Assembly (NCBI RefSeq): GCF_001465295.1
Contig: NZ_CP011035.1
Location: 570,001 to 602,000, forward strand
Reading direction: 5' to 3'
DNA length: 32,000 bases
Source: Pseudoalteromonas translucida KMM 520
GTDB lineage: Bacteria > Pseudomonadota > Gammaproteobacteria > Enterobacterales > Alteromonadaceae
Under the pieces are notes generated by a model. It made no database searches. It saw nothing but the letters and a program-made list of their open reading frames with translations, and had not been told where the DNA came from. This document shows positions 18,855 through 28,927 of the stretch, piece by piece; the stretch's first letter is position 1, and each line of letters opens with the position of its first letter. A program made the translations under genes and the position numbers.

Positions 18855-19434
18855 ATTGCTTGATGAGTGAATGCACATAACTTTTTGCTAGCTTTTCACT
18901 GTGATTAAACTGATGTTCGTTTGATTTACTAAGTACTGCTCGCAACCATAGGCCGTCGATCATGGCGGCGCTAAGTTCGGCAGCTTGTTTTGCTTGCTCA
19001 GTGGGCATTAATTGCTTAAATGAAAATGCTAAATTACTTTGCAAGCGTTTGCTGTTTACATTTTGTAGCCGGTGTAATTCGGCATCATGCATTGATTGTG
19101 CCCAAAAGCTCAACCAAGTTCGTGTGGTGTCTGAACGCTGTTGCACAAGTGCAAAGTTGGCTTCAATAATAAACATTAAGCGCTGCGTCGCGTTGGTATT
19201 TGCTTCAAGTTTGCAAACAAGCTCCTGTTTTAAACTCGTAAGTAAATACCTGACCGTTGCTTCAATTAATCCCTGCTTACCACCAAAGTAATGACTAATA
19301 ATGCCAGAGGATAATCCCGCATTTCTACTGATACTGTTAATAGTGGTTGCCTGTAAACCGCGCTGTGCAACCGACTCAATTGTTGCGTCAATTAGCTGCT
19401 GACGTCTTATAGGTTCCATTCCAACTTTAGGCAT
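18844..19434 (-). CDS. betI: TetR-family choline-responsive repressor BetI
   Basis: [20 protein letters not shown]...[17 protein letters not shown] is collinear with E. coli BetI (MPKLGMQSIRRRQLIDATL...GIISHYFRDKNGLLEAT). The true start is therefore the ATG at 19434. The tracked TTG at 19458 lies inside the operator. Confidence 0.9.
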   Translation of the reverse strand: MPKVGMEPIRRQQLIDATIESVAQRGLQATTINSISRNAGLSSGIISHYFGGKQGLIEATVRYLLTSLKQELVCKLEANTNATQRLMFIIEANFALVQQRSDTTRTWLSFWAQSMHDAELHRLQNVNSKRLQSNLAFSFKQLMPTEQAKQAAELSAAMIDGLWLRAVLSKSNEHQFNHSEKLAKSYVHSLIKQYGA

Positions 19435-19442
19435 ATTTATTA

Positions 19443-19462
19443 TTAATTGACCGTTCAATAAA
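19443..19462 (-). promoter_or_regulatory. Candidate BetI operator
   Basis: In TTAATTGAccgtTCAATAAA, the half sites ATTGA/TCAAT are perfect inverted repeats with a 4-nt spacer. This resembles the gammaproteobacterial BetI box TTGA-N4-TCAA (from memory). It lies 9-28 nt upstream of the betI ATG. Confidence 0.55.
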
Positions 19463-19466
19463 CATA

Positions 19467-19496
19467 AGTTTAAGATAATAGCTCTAACAATTCAAG
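19467..19496 (-). promoter_or_regulatory. Possible sigma70 promoter of the bet operon
   Basis: On the minus strand, TTGAAT (19496-19491), an 18-nt spacer, then TAAACT (19472-19467). This would place the transcription start at the edge of the BetI box. It is a pattern match only. Confidence 0.3.
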
Positions 19497-19857
19497 GCGC
19501 AGGTAAATGATCGGATGCCAAAATGTAGATGAATCATTAACAAATAAGGTAGTCTAGTATACGTAAATAACAAACATTGAAATTGTTTTATATTCATTAA
19601 AAACAAGTATTTATGTATTATATTATCGCGAGGTAAGTGAGGGTTATTTTTGCTAAGAAATAAAATGTAAATAATTTCAAATAATATGCTTAGTACGGTA
19701 ATCATTAGAGCACTAACGGTATGTGTTGCTGTTTATATAGCCAAAATTGCAATGGATATAATTATAACAACAGGCTGGTTTTATAAAGTTAATGTAAATA
19801 TAGCAAAGCAAAAAGGGCTAATATATATACAAAGCAGAGGTATTGTTACAGCTTAAT

Positions 19858-20169
19858 TTAAGGCGCTAATATACCTTTGAACAAAAGAGGATAACGCCTA
19901 AGACGATTTCCAATGTAGTCATCGGCCATAATTTGTGCGCAAATTTCATCCATGTTATTACATGCTGCAAACACCCAGTCAAATCGCTCAATAGCGAGAA
20001 GAAAGCCTTTTTTTAAATGGGTTTGGGTACGGTAGTAAGCTAGGTTGTGGCGAATAATTTCGAGCTTGTGCGGATTAGCTTCAAGCTCAATAATTACTTG
20101 CGTAATAAAGGAAGTATTGAGCTTGCTAGTGGCGCGTTTTTAAGCCTGGGTGGCAGCATTAGGTTTCAT
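19858..20169 (-). pseudogene. Small ORF with an in-frame TAA at codon 10 (about 103 codons in total); unknown function
   Basis: The ATG at 20169 overlaps the end of the upstream 85-aa gene by 11 nt. It reads MKPNAATQA, then TAA (20142-20140), then 93 further sense codons in the same frame (KRATSKLNTSFITQVIIELEANPHKLEIIRHNLAYYRTQTHLKKGF...RRYPLLFKGILAP) to TAA at 19858-19860. After the internal stop there is no ATG, GTG or TTG until a GTG only about 40 codons before the end. Confidence 0.4.
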
Positions 20170-20416
20170 TGGCAATATTGTGTAATTTTTTTAAAAAGTC
20201 ATCTTTGTGTTTTTCATGTTCGTAATCAAGATGATACGTATTATGAAAACCAAAGCGCAGTTCTACCCCGCTGCCTTGTAAATAAATGGTATAACCGTCT
20301 GCGTCTGAATACGCGGTAACGCCTTGATAATGCTTACCATCATCCTGCATTTCGCCGCGTTGTATTATGCGTTCATACACAGCTAAAATTTGCTTGTTGT
20401 CGATTTCATTTTTCAT
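20159..20416 (-). CDS. Small hypothetical protein (85 aa)
   Basis: Clean ATG-initiated ORF, MKNEIDNKQILAVYERIIQRGE...GYTIYLQGSGVELRF..., divergent from the DUF1704 gene. I could name no family with confidence. It may be a DUF3081-like small conserved protein, but that is an uncertain recollection. Confidence 0.5.
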   Translation of the reverse strand: MKNEIDNKQILAVYERIIQRGEMQDDGKHYQGVTAYSDADGYTIYLQGSGVELRFGFHNTYHLDYEHEKHKDDFLKKLHNIANET

Positions 20417-20562
20417 TAATTAATCCTTAACTTTGCAAGTGTATACGTATTAGATATGTGGCCCGATCATCTTAAAAACAATGGTTAAAAAATGATGATA
20501 TTACTTTGTAATTTGGTTATTTTAAATTATGCTCAGAATTCATTATTTGTTGAGCTTACACC

Positions 20563-21843
20563 ATGATAGACAAGGCGTTACTACTTAAAACTCGTGAATT
20601 ATCAGATCAATTAGTTGCCCTGCAAACACCTATAAGAATACTGGATGCGATTAATTGGGATAAACAAATTAAAGAAGAATTTTTTAGACAGAAATGTCAA
20701 AAAAATCCACTTATCGATCGTGCTTATTATCAGCAGCGCGATTTAGGATTTGTGCCCAGCGAACTACGCCAAGCATTTTCTACTTTGCAGCGTAACATTA
20801 TTAACCAGTTAGGACAGCTAAATCCAATAGCTCAATATATGGGAAAAATGTGCAGCGAGTATAAAACAGTATTAAGCATGCTGGAATATCGAGGAACGCC
20901 TGAGTTTCATGACTTATCAGTAGAGCTATTCGGGCATCCTAAAGATTTGTTTCATGCTGGTGAGCCTTCACTTACTGAGCTGGCAAACATGTTAGAGCGG
21001 CCGCTTAAAAACTTATTAATTGCAGATATACTGCCAGACGATCCTAAAAATATAGCAGCCAGCGATGCCGTGCGTATTTTATCGGAGCAAGTTAATGCCA
21101 GTATGGTGGGGATCAACGTAGAGGTAATGCTAAGCGATGGCATAGTGAGTGATGCAGCCGCCGGGGCTAATAACATTAAACTTAATAAAGATGTGAAGTT
21201 TTCGCAGCGTGAACTCGATATTTTAGAAGTACACGAAGGCTGGATACACGTAGGCACGACGCAAAATGGCCTAGCGCAACCTTACTTAACCTGTTTAAGT
21301 AAAGGCACGCCTAGCTCTACAGTGACCCAAGAGGGCCTTGCGGTATTAACCGAAATTATCACCTTAAAATCAACACCACGGCGCTTATCTAAATTAGTTA
21401 ATCGTATTCAAGCGGTAACCAAGGTAATTGATGGTGCTGAATTTGTTGATATTTACCGCGACTATGTAGCGCAAGGATTATCGCAAGATGAAAGCTATAC
21501 CCTAGCTCAGCGTGTATTTAGAGGCAGCACACCCACAGGTTTACCGTTTACTAAAGACATTGCCTACATTAAAGGCTTTGTTTTGGTGTACAACTTAATC
21601 CGGGTTGCCATACAACTGGGCCGAATCGATCAACTGCCTTTATTACTGGTGGGAAAAATATCGATTGATGACTTTAGGCTGATTACGCAACTGCATAGTT
21701 TAGGAGTAATCGAATCGCCTAAGTTTGTACCGCCACATTTTAAAGACTTACGCGGTTTAGCAACTTGGCTCAGTTTTGGGCGCTTTATTGGTGACTTGTC
21801 GTTTGAACAATTAGAAAACGATTATAAGCCGCTGTTTTTATAA
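20563..21843 (+). CDS. DUF1704-family protein (flavohemoglobin expression-modulating QEGLA-motif protein; MATCAP-like putative metallocarboxypeptidase)
   Basis: 426 aa. The literal QEGLA motif (TQEGLAVLTE) is at nt 21328-21342. An HExxxH motif, HEGWIH, is at nt 21232-21249. Confidence 0.8.
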   Translation: MIDKALLLKTRELSDQLVALQTPIRILDAINWDKQIKEEFFRQKCQKNPLIDRAYYQQRDLGFVPSELRQAFSTLQRNIINQLGQLNPIAQYMGKMCSEYKTVLSMLEYRGTPEFHDLSVELFGHPKDLFHAGEPSLTELANMLERPLKNLLIADILPDDPKNIAASDAVRILSEQVNASMVGINVEVMLSDGIVSDAAAGANNIKLNKDVKFSQRELDILEVHEGWIHVGTTQNGLAQPYLTCLSKGTPSSTVTQEGLAVLTEIITLKSTPRRLSKLVNRIQAVTKVIDGAEFVDIYRDYVAQGLSQDESYTLAQRVFRGSTPTGLPFTKDIAYIKGFVLVYNLIRVAIQLGRIDQLPLLLVGKISIDDFRLITQLHSLGVIESPKFVPPHFKDLRGLATWLSFGRFIGDLSFEQLENDYKPLFL

Positions 21844-21871
21844 TAACCACAGGGAGCTTGTCTCCCTTAAA

Positions 21872-21906
21872 GCAAAAAAAACGCAGTTGGAATGAGCAAC
21901 TGCGTT
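21872..21906 (-). terminator. Hairpin with a U run only on the minus strand
   Basis: aacgcagttg (21880-21889) pairs perfectly with caactgcgtt (21897-21906). It is preceded on the + strand by A8 (21874-21881), which gives T8 after the stem on the minus strand. Only TTT follows it on the + strand. Confidence 0.5.
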
Positions 21907-22193
21907 TAAGTATATAGTTACAAGCCAACGTAACTATAGTTGAGGAAATTTTGTTAGCAATTAGCCAATTAAAACTTGGCATGTAGTTGCTGATTTGCCT
22001 TGCTACAAACTAGGTTTGTAATCTACTCGGATTGACTATAATCAAGAAGCGGCGAAATAATAAAACGTGTTTTTAATTTGTGCAATAGTTAATTTAAAAT
22101 AACTTGTAATTAATTTAAGTTAATATAAAACAGTAGTTTGGGTTATTAATTTAAATAATCTTATCGATAAGTAAAATTAATCGAAAGCGCCAT

Positions 22194-22229
22194 TACGTTA
22201 GTAAATCTCTTCACCAGAGTTCATATTAA
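22194..22229 (+). repeat. Conserved 36-nt intergenic block, copy 2
   Basis: tacgttagtaaatctcttcaccagagttcatattaa is 32/36 identical to 13493-13528. Confidence 0.75.
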
Positions 22230-22237
22230 ATAGGCAT

Positions 22238-22262
22238 AAAAAAAGCCCTTTACGGGCTTTTT
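22238..22262. terminator. Bidirectional rho-independent terminator downstream of the ast operon
   Basis: aaagccc (22242-22248) pairs with gggcttt (22254-22260). It is flanked by A7 and T5. Confidence 0.8.
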
Positions 22263-22286
22263 AAAAAGTAACTTAATACAGGCTAT

Positions 22287-23090
22287 TTAGCGCGCATTGG
22301 TACTTTCAAAAATTTTATCGGCAGAGGCTGCTACAAATCCGGTGTAAAGCTCACCATCTGCTTTAGGGTAGCGAATAGCAAACTCATAAAAACAGCTAGG
22401 AATGCTCATTTCACCATCGCTAAAGCTCACTGAGTACTCATCAGCAAGTGTTGACGATTGCTCAAGTAATACCTCTGGCGAACCTTTTACTTCGCCGCCT
22501 GAGCTGTTAAGTGTAAAGCCTGCATCTTTTAGCGCTTGGTTAACATCTTCAATGTTATCAAACTTATCAAGGGTATTAATATTTACCGTAAAGTGATTAG
22601 CTCGGTAACCCCATGCCGACATCCACGCTGCGTATTCGCTCTCGGCAAGAAGTTGCTTATAAGTGTCTGTGCTTACTTGCCAGTGCGTGCCTGAGTATAA
22701 AAAGTTATCGGCAGTCACTGCGTTTTCGTCAATTTGGCTTACCATATCATTTACAATTGCTTGTAACTCAGGAGAGCATTTATCGACCAACAACTCAGAA
22801 ATAAATACTTTTGGCTGCGTTAAATCGCTATGCTCGTAGTGCTTTGCGTATAGCTTTTTAGCTTCAAAGTGATACTCACCACATTCTTTATAACCCAAAG
22901 CTAAAAAGTGTGCTGCCAGCTTTTCTAAGCCCACTTTTTCAATGTTAAAGGTACGCAGAGCAATATGATCGTTAATAATGTCATCTTTTTGCGTTGAACC
23001 TAATAGATCATGAATTTTGTCTGCCGATGGCGTTACGTTTAAGTAGTTTTGCCATAGGTTATCAAATAATGTATTTACATCAGTATGCAT
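22287..23090 (-). CDS. Short DUF1338-family protein (related to HglS/YdcJ 2-oxoadipate dioxygenase/decarboxylase)
   Basis: 267 aa. NDHIALRTF has the His-x3-Arg arrangement of the DUF1338 metal and substrate site (from memory). It is the last gene of the ast operon, 48 nt after astD. Confidence 0.65.
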   Translation of the reverse strand: MHTDVNTLFDNLWQNYLNVTPSADKIHDLLGSTQKDDIINDHIALRTFNIEKVGLEKLAAHFLALGYKECGEYHFEAKKLYAKHYEHSDLTQPKVFISELLVDKCSPELQAIVNDMVSQIDENAVTADNFLYSGTHWQVSTDTYKQLLAESEYAAWMSAWGYRANHFTVNINTLDKFDNIEDVNQALKDAGFTLNSSGGEVKGSPEVLLEQSSTLADEYSVSFSDGEMSIPSCFYEFAIRYPKADGELYTGFVAASADKIFESTNAR

Positions 23091-23138
23091 TTTAAATCCT
23101 TAAATTTTGTTATATACCTAACGTTAGTTAAGTTGTAT

Positions 23139-24611
<1,473 letters not shown>

Positions 24612-25646
24612 TTACAGACGAAAGAATCGTGCTGCATCTCCTTGGCTTAACTTAAGTGCATCAGCCACTGCTTGGCTAATGATTAACGTATGCTTTGCAT
24701 GATTATAATGCGCGTGTTTAGTAAATGTAGCTCTAAAGTCACTCACACCATGATTACAAATAGCGAGCGTGTCGGAACTGTTTTGTGTTATGTGCTCAAG
24801 TTCACCTATGGTAATAGGGCACACTTGAGACTCGCGAATACTGCGAATATTACCTAGCTTAGCTTCTACAGTGGGGCCGGCATCAAATAAGTCAACATAG
24901 CCGCGATGCTCAAAACCTTCTTTTTCGAGGAGTTTAAGCGCGGGTTTGGTTTTTTCATGAACATGACCGATCACAGCTTGGGCTTTTTTACTCAGTAAAT
25001 TTACGTAAATAGGGTACTTAGGCATGAGCTCGCTAATAAACACCTTGTCGCCTAAACCGACTAAATGATCAGCTTGTGGAAACTCAATACTAAAAAAGTG
25101 CTCTTGTAGCCATTGCCAAAATGGTGAGTGGCCATGCTCGTCGCTTACACCGCGCATCTCGGCAATGACGGTATCGGCAAAGCGTTCGCTGTGCTGCGCC
25201 ATAAACAAAAAGCGCGAGCGCGATAAAAAGCGCCCAGTTAAGCCTGTACGGCTGTCTTCACGTAAAAACAAAGTGCATATTTCAGAGCAACCCGTGTAGT
25301 CGTTACACATGCTCAAAATATCAACTGTATTGTATACATTTAGTGTAGGCGAGTGATGCACTGTTTTACCTAAATGATAATGATATAGCGGCACAGTTAA
25401 GCCTACAGCGGCTTCTATGGCGGTTGTGCCAATCACTTTACCTGTTTCACTGTCTTCTAAAACAAATAAATAGCTCTCGTCCAATGGTTTATTAATATTT
25501 TTAGCAAAGCTTTTTTCGGCGCGGTCAATTTTTTCTTTTAGCTGGGTGTCATCCACGGGCAAAGAGGTAAACCCATGCCCAGACTCTATTGCTATTTGCT
25601 TAAGCGCATCAAAGTCGTTGGCTGTAATAGGACGTAATACTTGCAT
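24612..25646 (-). CDS. astA: Arginine N-succinyltransferase
   Basis: 344 aa. The N-terminal MQVLRPITANDFDALKQIA...GFTSLP is typical of AstA/AruF and the length fits. It lies between the aminotransferase and astD. Confidence 0.88.
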   Translation of the reverse strand: MQVLRPITANDFDALKQIAIESGHGFTSLPVDDTQLKEKIDRAEKSFAKNINKPLDESYLFVLEDSETGKVIGTTAIEAAVGLTVPLYHYHLGKTVHHSPTLNVYNTVDILSMCNDYTGCSEICTLFLREDSRTGLTGRFLSRSRFLFMAQHSERFADTVIAEMRGVSDEHGHSPFWQWLQEHFFSIEFPQADHLVGLGDKVFISELMPKYPIYVNLLSKKAQAVIGHVHEKTKPALKLLEKEGFEHRGYVDLFDAGPTVEAKLGNIRSIRESQVCPITIGELEHITQNSSDTLAICNHGVSDFRATFTKHAHYNHAKHTLIISQAVADALKLSQGDAARFFRL

Positions 25647-25695
25647 TAATTACTTGCTCCAATAGCACGCCCAAAGGCGTGCTGGTTTACTATTA

Positions 25696-26922
<1,227 letters not shown>

Positions 26923-27091
26923 CTACTTAAAAAGTGTTGCTAAAACAAAGAAGAACTTAGCCTGTATTCTTCAGTAAACACTGTGTTTTTTGTTATACGT
27001 GTCATTATCGAAGGTTGCGAATGAAATTTGCAGTGCTATTTTGTGAAAAATGATTAGAATAAAAGTCAAATTAACGAAGGGTTTGTGCATT

Positions 27092-27520
27092 ATGATAACT
27101 ACACAAGACGAAAAGCTATTATCTATTTTAAAAACCAATGCCAGAGCGAGTATTTCAGATTTAGCTAGGCACCTTAACTTATCGCGATCAACCGTACAAA
27201 GCCGCATGTTAAAGCTAGAGGAAAGTGGCGTTATTAAAGGTTACAGCGTTGATTACGGTGATGACTTTTTAAATAGTATGGTGGCCGCACATGTGTCTAT
27301 TAAAGTAAGGCAAAAACTGACGACTAAAACCAATTTAGAGTTAAAGCAAATTAATGCTATATCGCAGCTTTATGCTATTAGTGGCGAGTTTGACTTAATT
27401 GCAGTTGTGCAAGCACAAAATTTAGAACAACTTAGCCATTTACTCGATGATATTGGCAACCTAGATGGCGTAGAACGCACTACTTCATCTGTTATTTTAG
27501 AAACCAAATTTAAACGCTAG
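27092..27520 (+). CDS. Lrp/AsnC-family transcriptional regulator
   Basis: DEKLLSILKTNARASISDLARHLNLSRSTVQSRMLKLEESGVIKGY is the HTH_AsnC region, followed by a C-terminal RAM-like domain. I chose the start at the internal ATG at 27092 (MITTQDE), giving 142 aa. The gene is divergent from astC. Confidence 0.85.
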   Translation: MITTQDEKLLSILKTNARASISDLARHLNLSRSTVQSRMLKLEESGVIKGYSVDYGDDFLNSMVAAHVSIKVRQKLTTKTNLELKQINAISQLYAISGEFDLIAVVQAQNLEQLSHLLDDIGNLDGVERTTSSVILETKFKR

Positions 27521-27808
27521 GCTTGTTGTATAAGAATGTAAACAGATAATGATTAAGTATAGATATAATTAGCTGTTTATAATAAAGTTATTACATAAAG
27601 TACGAGCTCTAATATCATGAAAGTGCACACGATTAGCTTGTACTTTATAAACAAGGACTGTTTTAATAAATTTAGGAAAGTTGAGTATTACTCTCTCTTT
27701 TAAATTCAATTAATAGTAATCAATTTACAGTACATTGGTCAGTCAATTTTATTAGATGAGACGCACCGCCAAGGAGTCAGCAATTTGCTGACATGATAAG
27801 GACAAGTT

Positions 27809-28195
27809 GTGAAAGTTATTATAACCACCATTGTTTTATTAATTATAGCGAGTGGCTATTACTTTAATGCTCATATCCCCGTCTTCAATGCAAAAAAAGC
27901 TATCGAAGTTAAAGTTTACAGTGACATTTTTTATAAACTAGGCTCAGATTCTGCCCCAGACTCAGTGAGCATAGATGAAATTATTGCTGGGGCTTCACAA
28001 TTTGCACTTTCAATGTGCGATGATGCAGTTTATCAACAGGTTTTAGGGAAAACGGTTGACTCTTGCAAACTTAAGTTTCATCAATCAAAAGCAAAATGCG
28101 CACAGTTTTTAACGGCGCATAACGCAGCATTTTACAATAAAAAAACACCGGTTAGCTTAGTCGCAGAAAAGTTTATTGACTGCGTAAGCTTGTAA
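27809..28195 (+). CDS. Hypothetical exported or membrane-anchored protein with four Cys (128 aa)
   Basis: GTG start with an aagga RBS 6 nt upstream. The N-terminal hydrophobic segment is VIITTIVLLIIASGYYF. I recognised no family. Confidence 0.45.
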   Translation: MKVIITTIVLLIIASGYYFNAHIPVFNAKKAIEVKVYSDIFYKLGSDSAPDSVSIDEIIAGASQFALSMCDDAVYQQVLGKTVDSCKLKFHQSKAKCAQFLTAHNAAFYNKKTPVSLVAEKFIDCVSL

Positions 28196-28239
28196 TATTT
28201 TAATTACTTATCTTTTGCTCGGGTAAATGCGTTAAACTT

Positions 28240-28264
28240 GTCACTAATAATTTAGTGACTTTTT
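28240..28264 (+). terminator. Rho-independent terminator
   Basis: gtcacta (28240-28246) pairs with tagtgac (28253-28259) and is followed by T5. Confidence 0.6.
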
Positions 28265-28417
28265 CGTCATTTAAGTAGCTCTCTTAATCAATGGTATTAA
28301 TCTTGATAAAGTGCACTTCATTGCAGCTTATATTTATTAATTTGCTAAAATAAGTTTATTAAAGAGAGAATGATTAATTTACCCACTATATTCAGTGGTA
28401 GCAAAAGGTAATTAGCA

Positions 28418-28846
28418 ATGATGAACACCAAAGTATACAAAGCAGTACACGACTTAGCTGAAGAGCTAATGGCGGCTGCAAATAAAAACGATACAAAAAA
28501 GTTCGAGTCACTTTACGCGCAGCTTAAAGCAATTTGTATTGAAAACGAAAATACCAGCAAAGATCACCCTGTACAATGGGAAACGCTGGCTGATTTTACC
28601 GAAGAATTAGAGGAAGCAATTGAAGGCTACGAAAAAGCATTAAAAAAATCGATAGCCATTAACTCTAAAGATCATATGTCGTCGGTTGCATTTTCTATGG
28701 CAACTTTGCAGCTAGAATTAGGCCAAAAAGAGGCTGCAATTAAAAACCTTCAAGACGCTAAAATCAGCGCTAATAAAATTTCTGATAAAGAGCTTAAAGC
28801 AGAAATACACGACCTACTAGAGTCGCTGGTAGAAGAAGAAGGCTAG
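28418..28846 (+). CDS. Hypothetical acidic helical protein, possibly TPR-like (142 aa)
   Basis: Clean ORF with helical-repeat-like composition (AIEGYEKALKKSIAIN...ATLQLELGQKEAAIKNLQDAK). Tentative. Confidence 0.45.
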   Translation: MMNTKVYKAVHDLAEELMAAANKNDTKKFESLYAQLKAICIENENTSKDHPVQWETLADFTEELEEAIEGYEKALKKSIAINSKDHMSSVAFSMATLQLELGQKEAAIKNLQDAKISANKISDKELKAEIHDLLESLVEEEG

Positions 28847-28867
28847 AGCGCTTTTTTTATTGATATT

Positions 28868-28900
28868 TATATTGCTGAGCTAACTAAGCTTAGCAATATA
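28868..28900. repeat. 33-nt palindromic hairpin between convergent genes, with no flanking T run on either strand
   Basis: tatattgctgagct (28868-28881) pairs with agcttagcaatata (28887-28900), giving 14 bp with one G-U pair and a 5-nt loop. Confidence 0.6.
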
Positions 28901-28927
28901 AAGTAATACATTAAGCCCCATTAGTTA

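Noticed and set aside
19458-19458. The TTG start for betI suggested by the ORF track (MNGQLIIN extension)
   Set aside because: Alignment to E. coli BetI begins exactly at MPKVGM (the ATG at 19434), and the TTG lies within the operator palindrome.
19484-19705. A 73-aa minus-strand ORF upstream of betI
   Set aside because: It lies in very AT-rich promoter DNA and has an odd composition (MITVLSILFEIIYILFLSKNN...). It would read through the proposed bet promoter region and has no RBS, so it is probably spurious.
20047-20319. A 90-aa + strand ORF overlapping the small-gene pair
   Set aside because: It is antisense to two better-supported minus-strand frames that are coupled by overlapping start and stop codons. 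No motif.
21785-21982. A 65-aa minus-strand ORF in the gap after the DUF1704 gene
   Set aside because: It runs straight through the 10-bp terminator hairpin and A8 tract and into the 3' end of the DUF1704 gene. The composition looks non-protein-like.
26971-27207. A 78-aa minus-strand ORF in the astC/Lrp divergent promoter region
   Set aside because: It overlaps the 5' end of the Lrp/AsnC gene and the shared promoter region. AT-rich with no motif.
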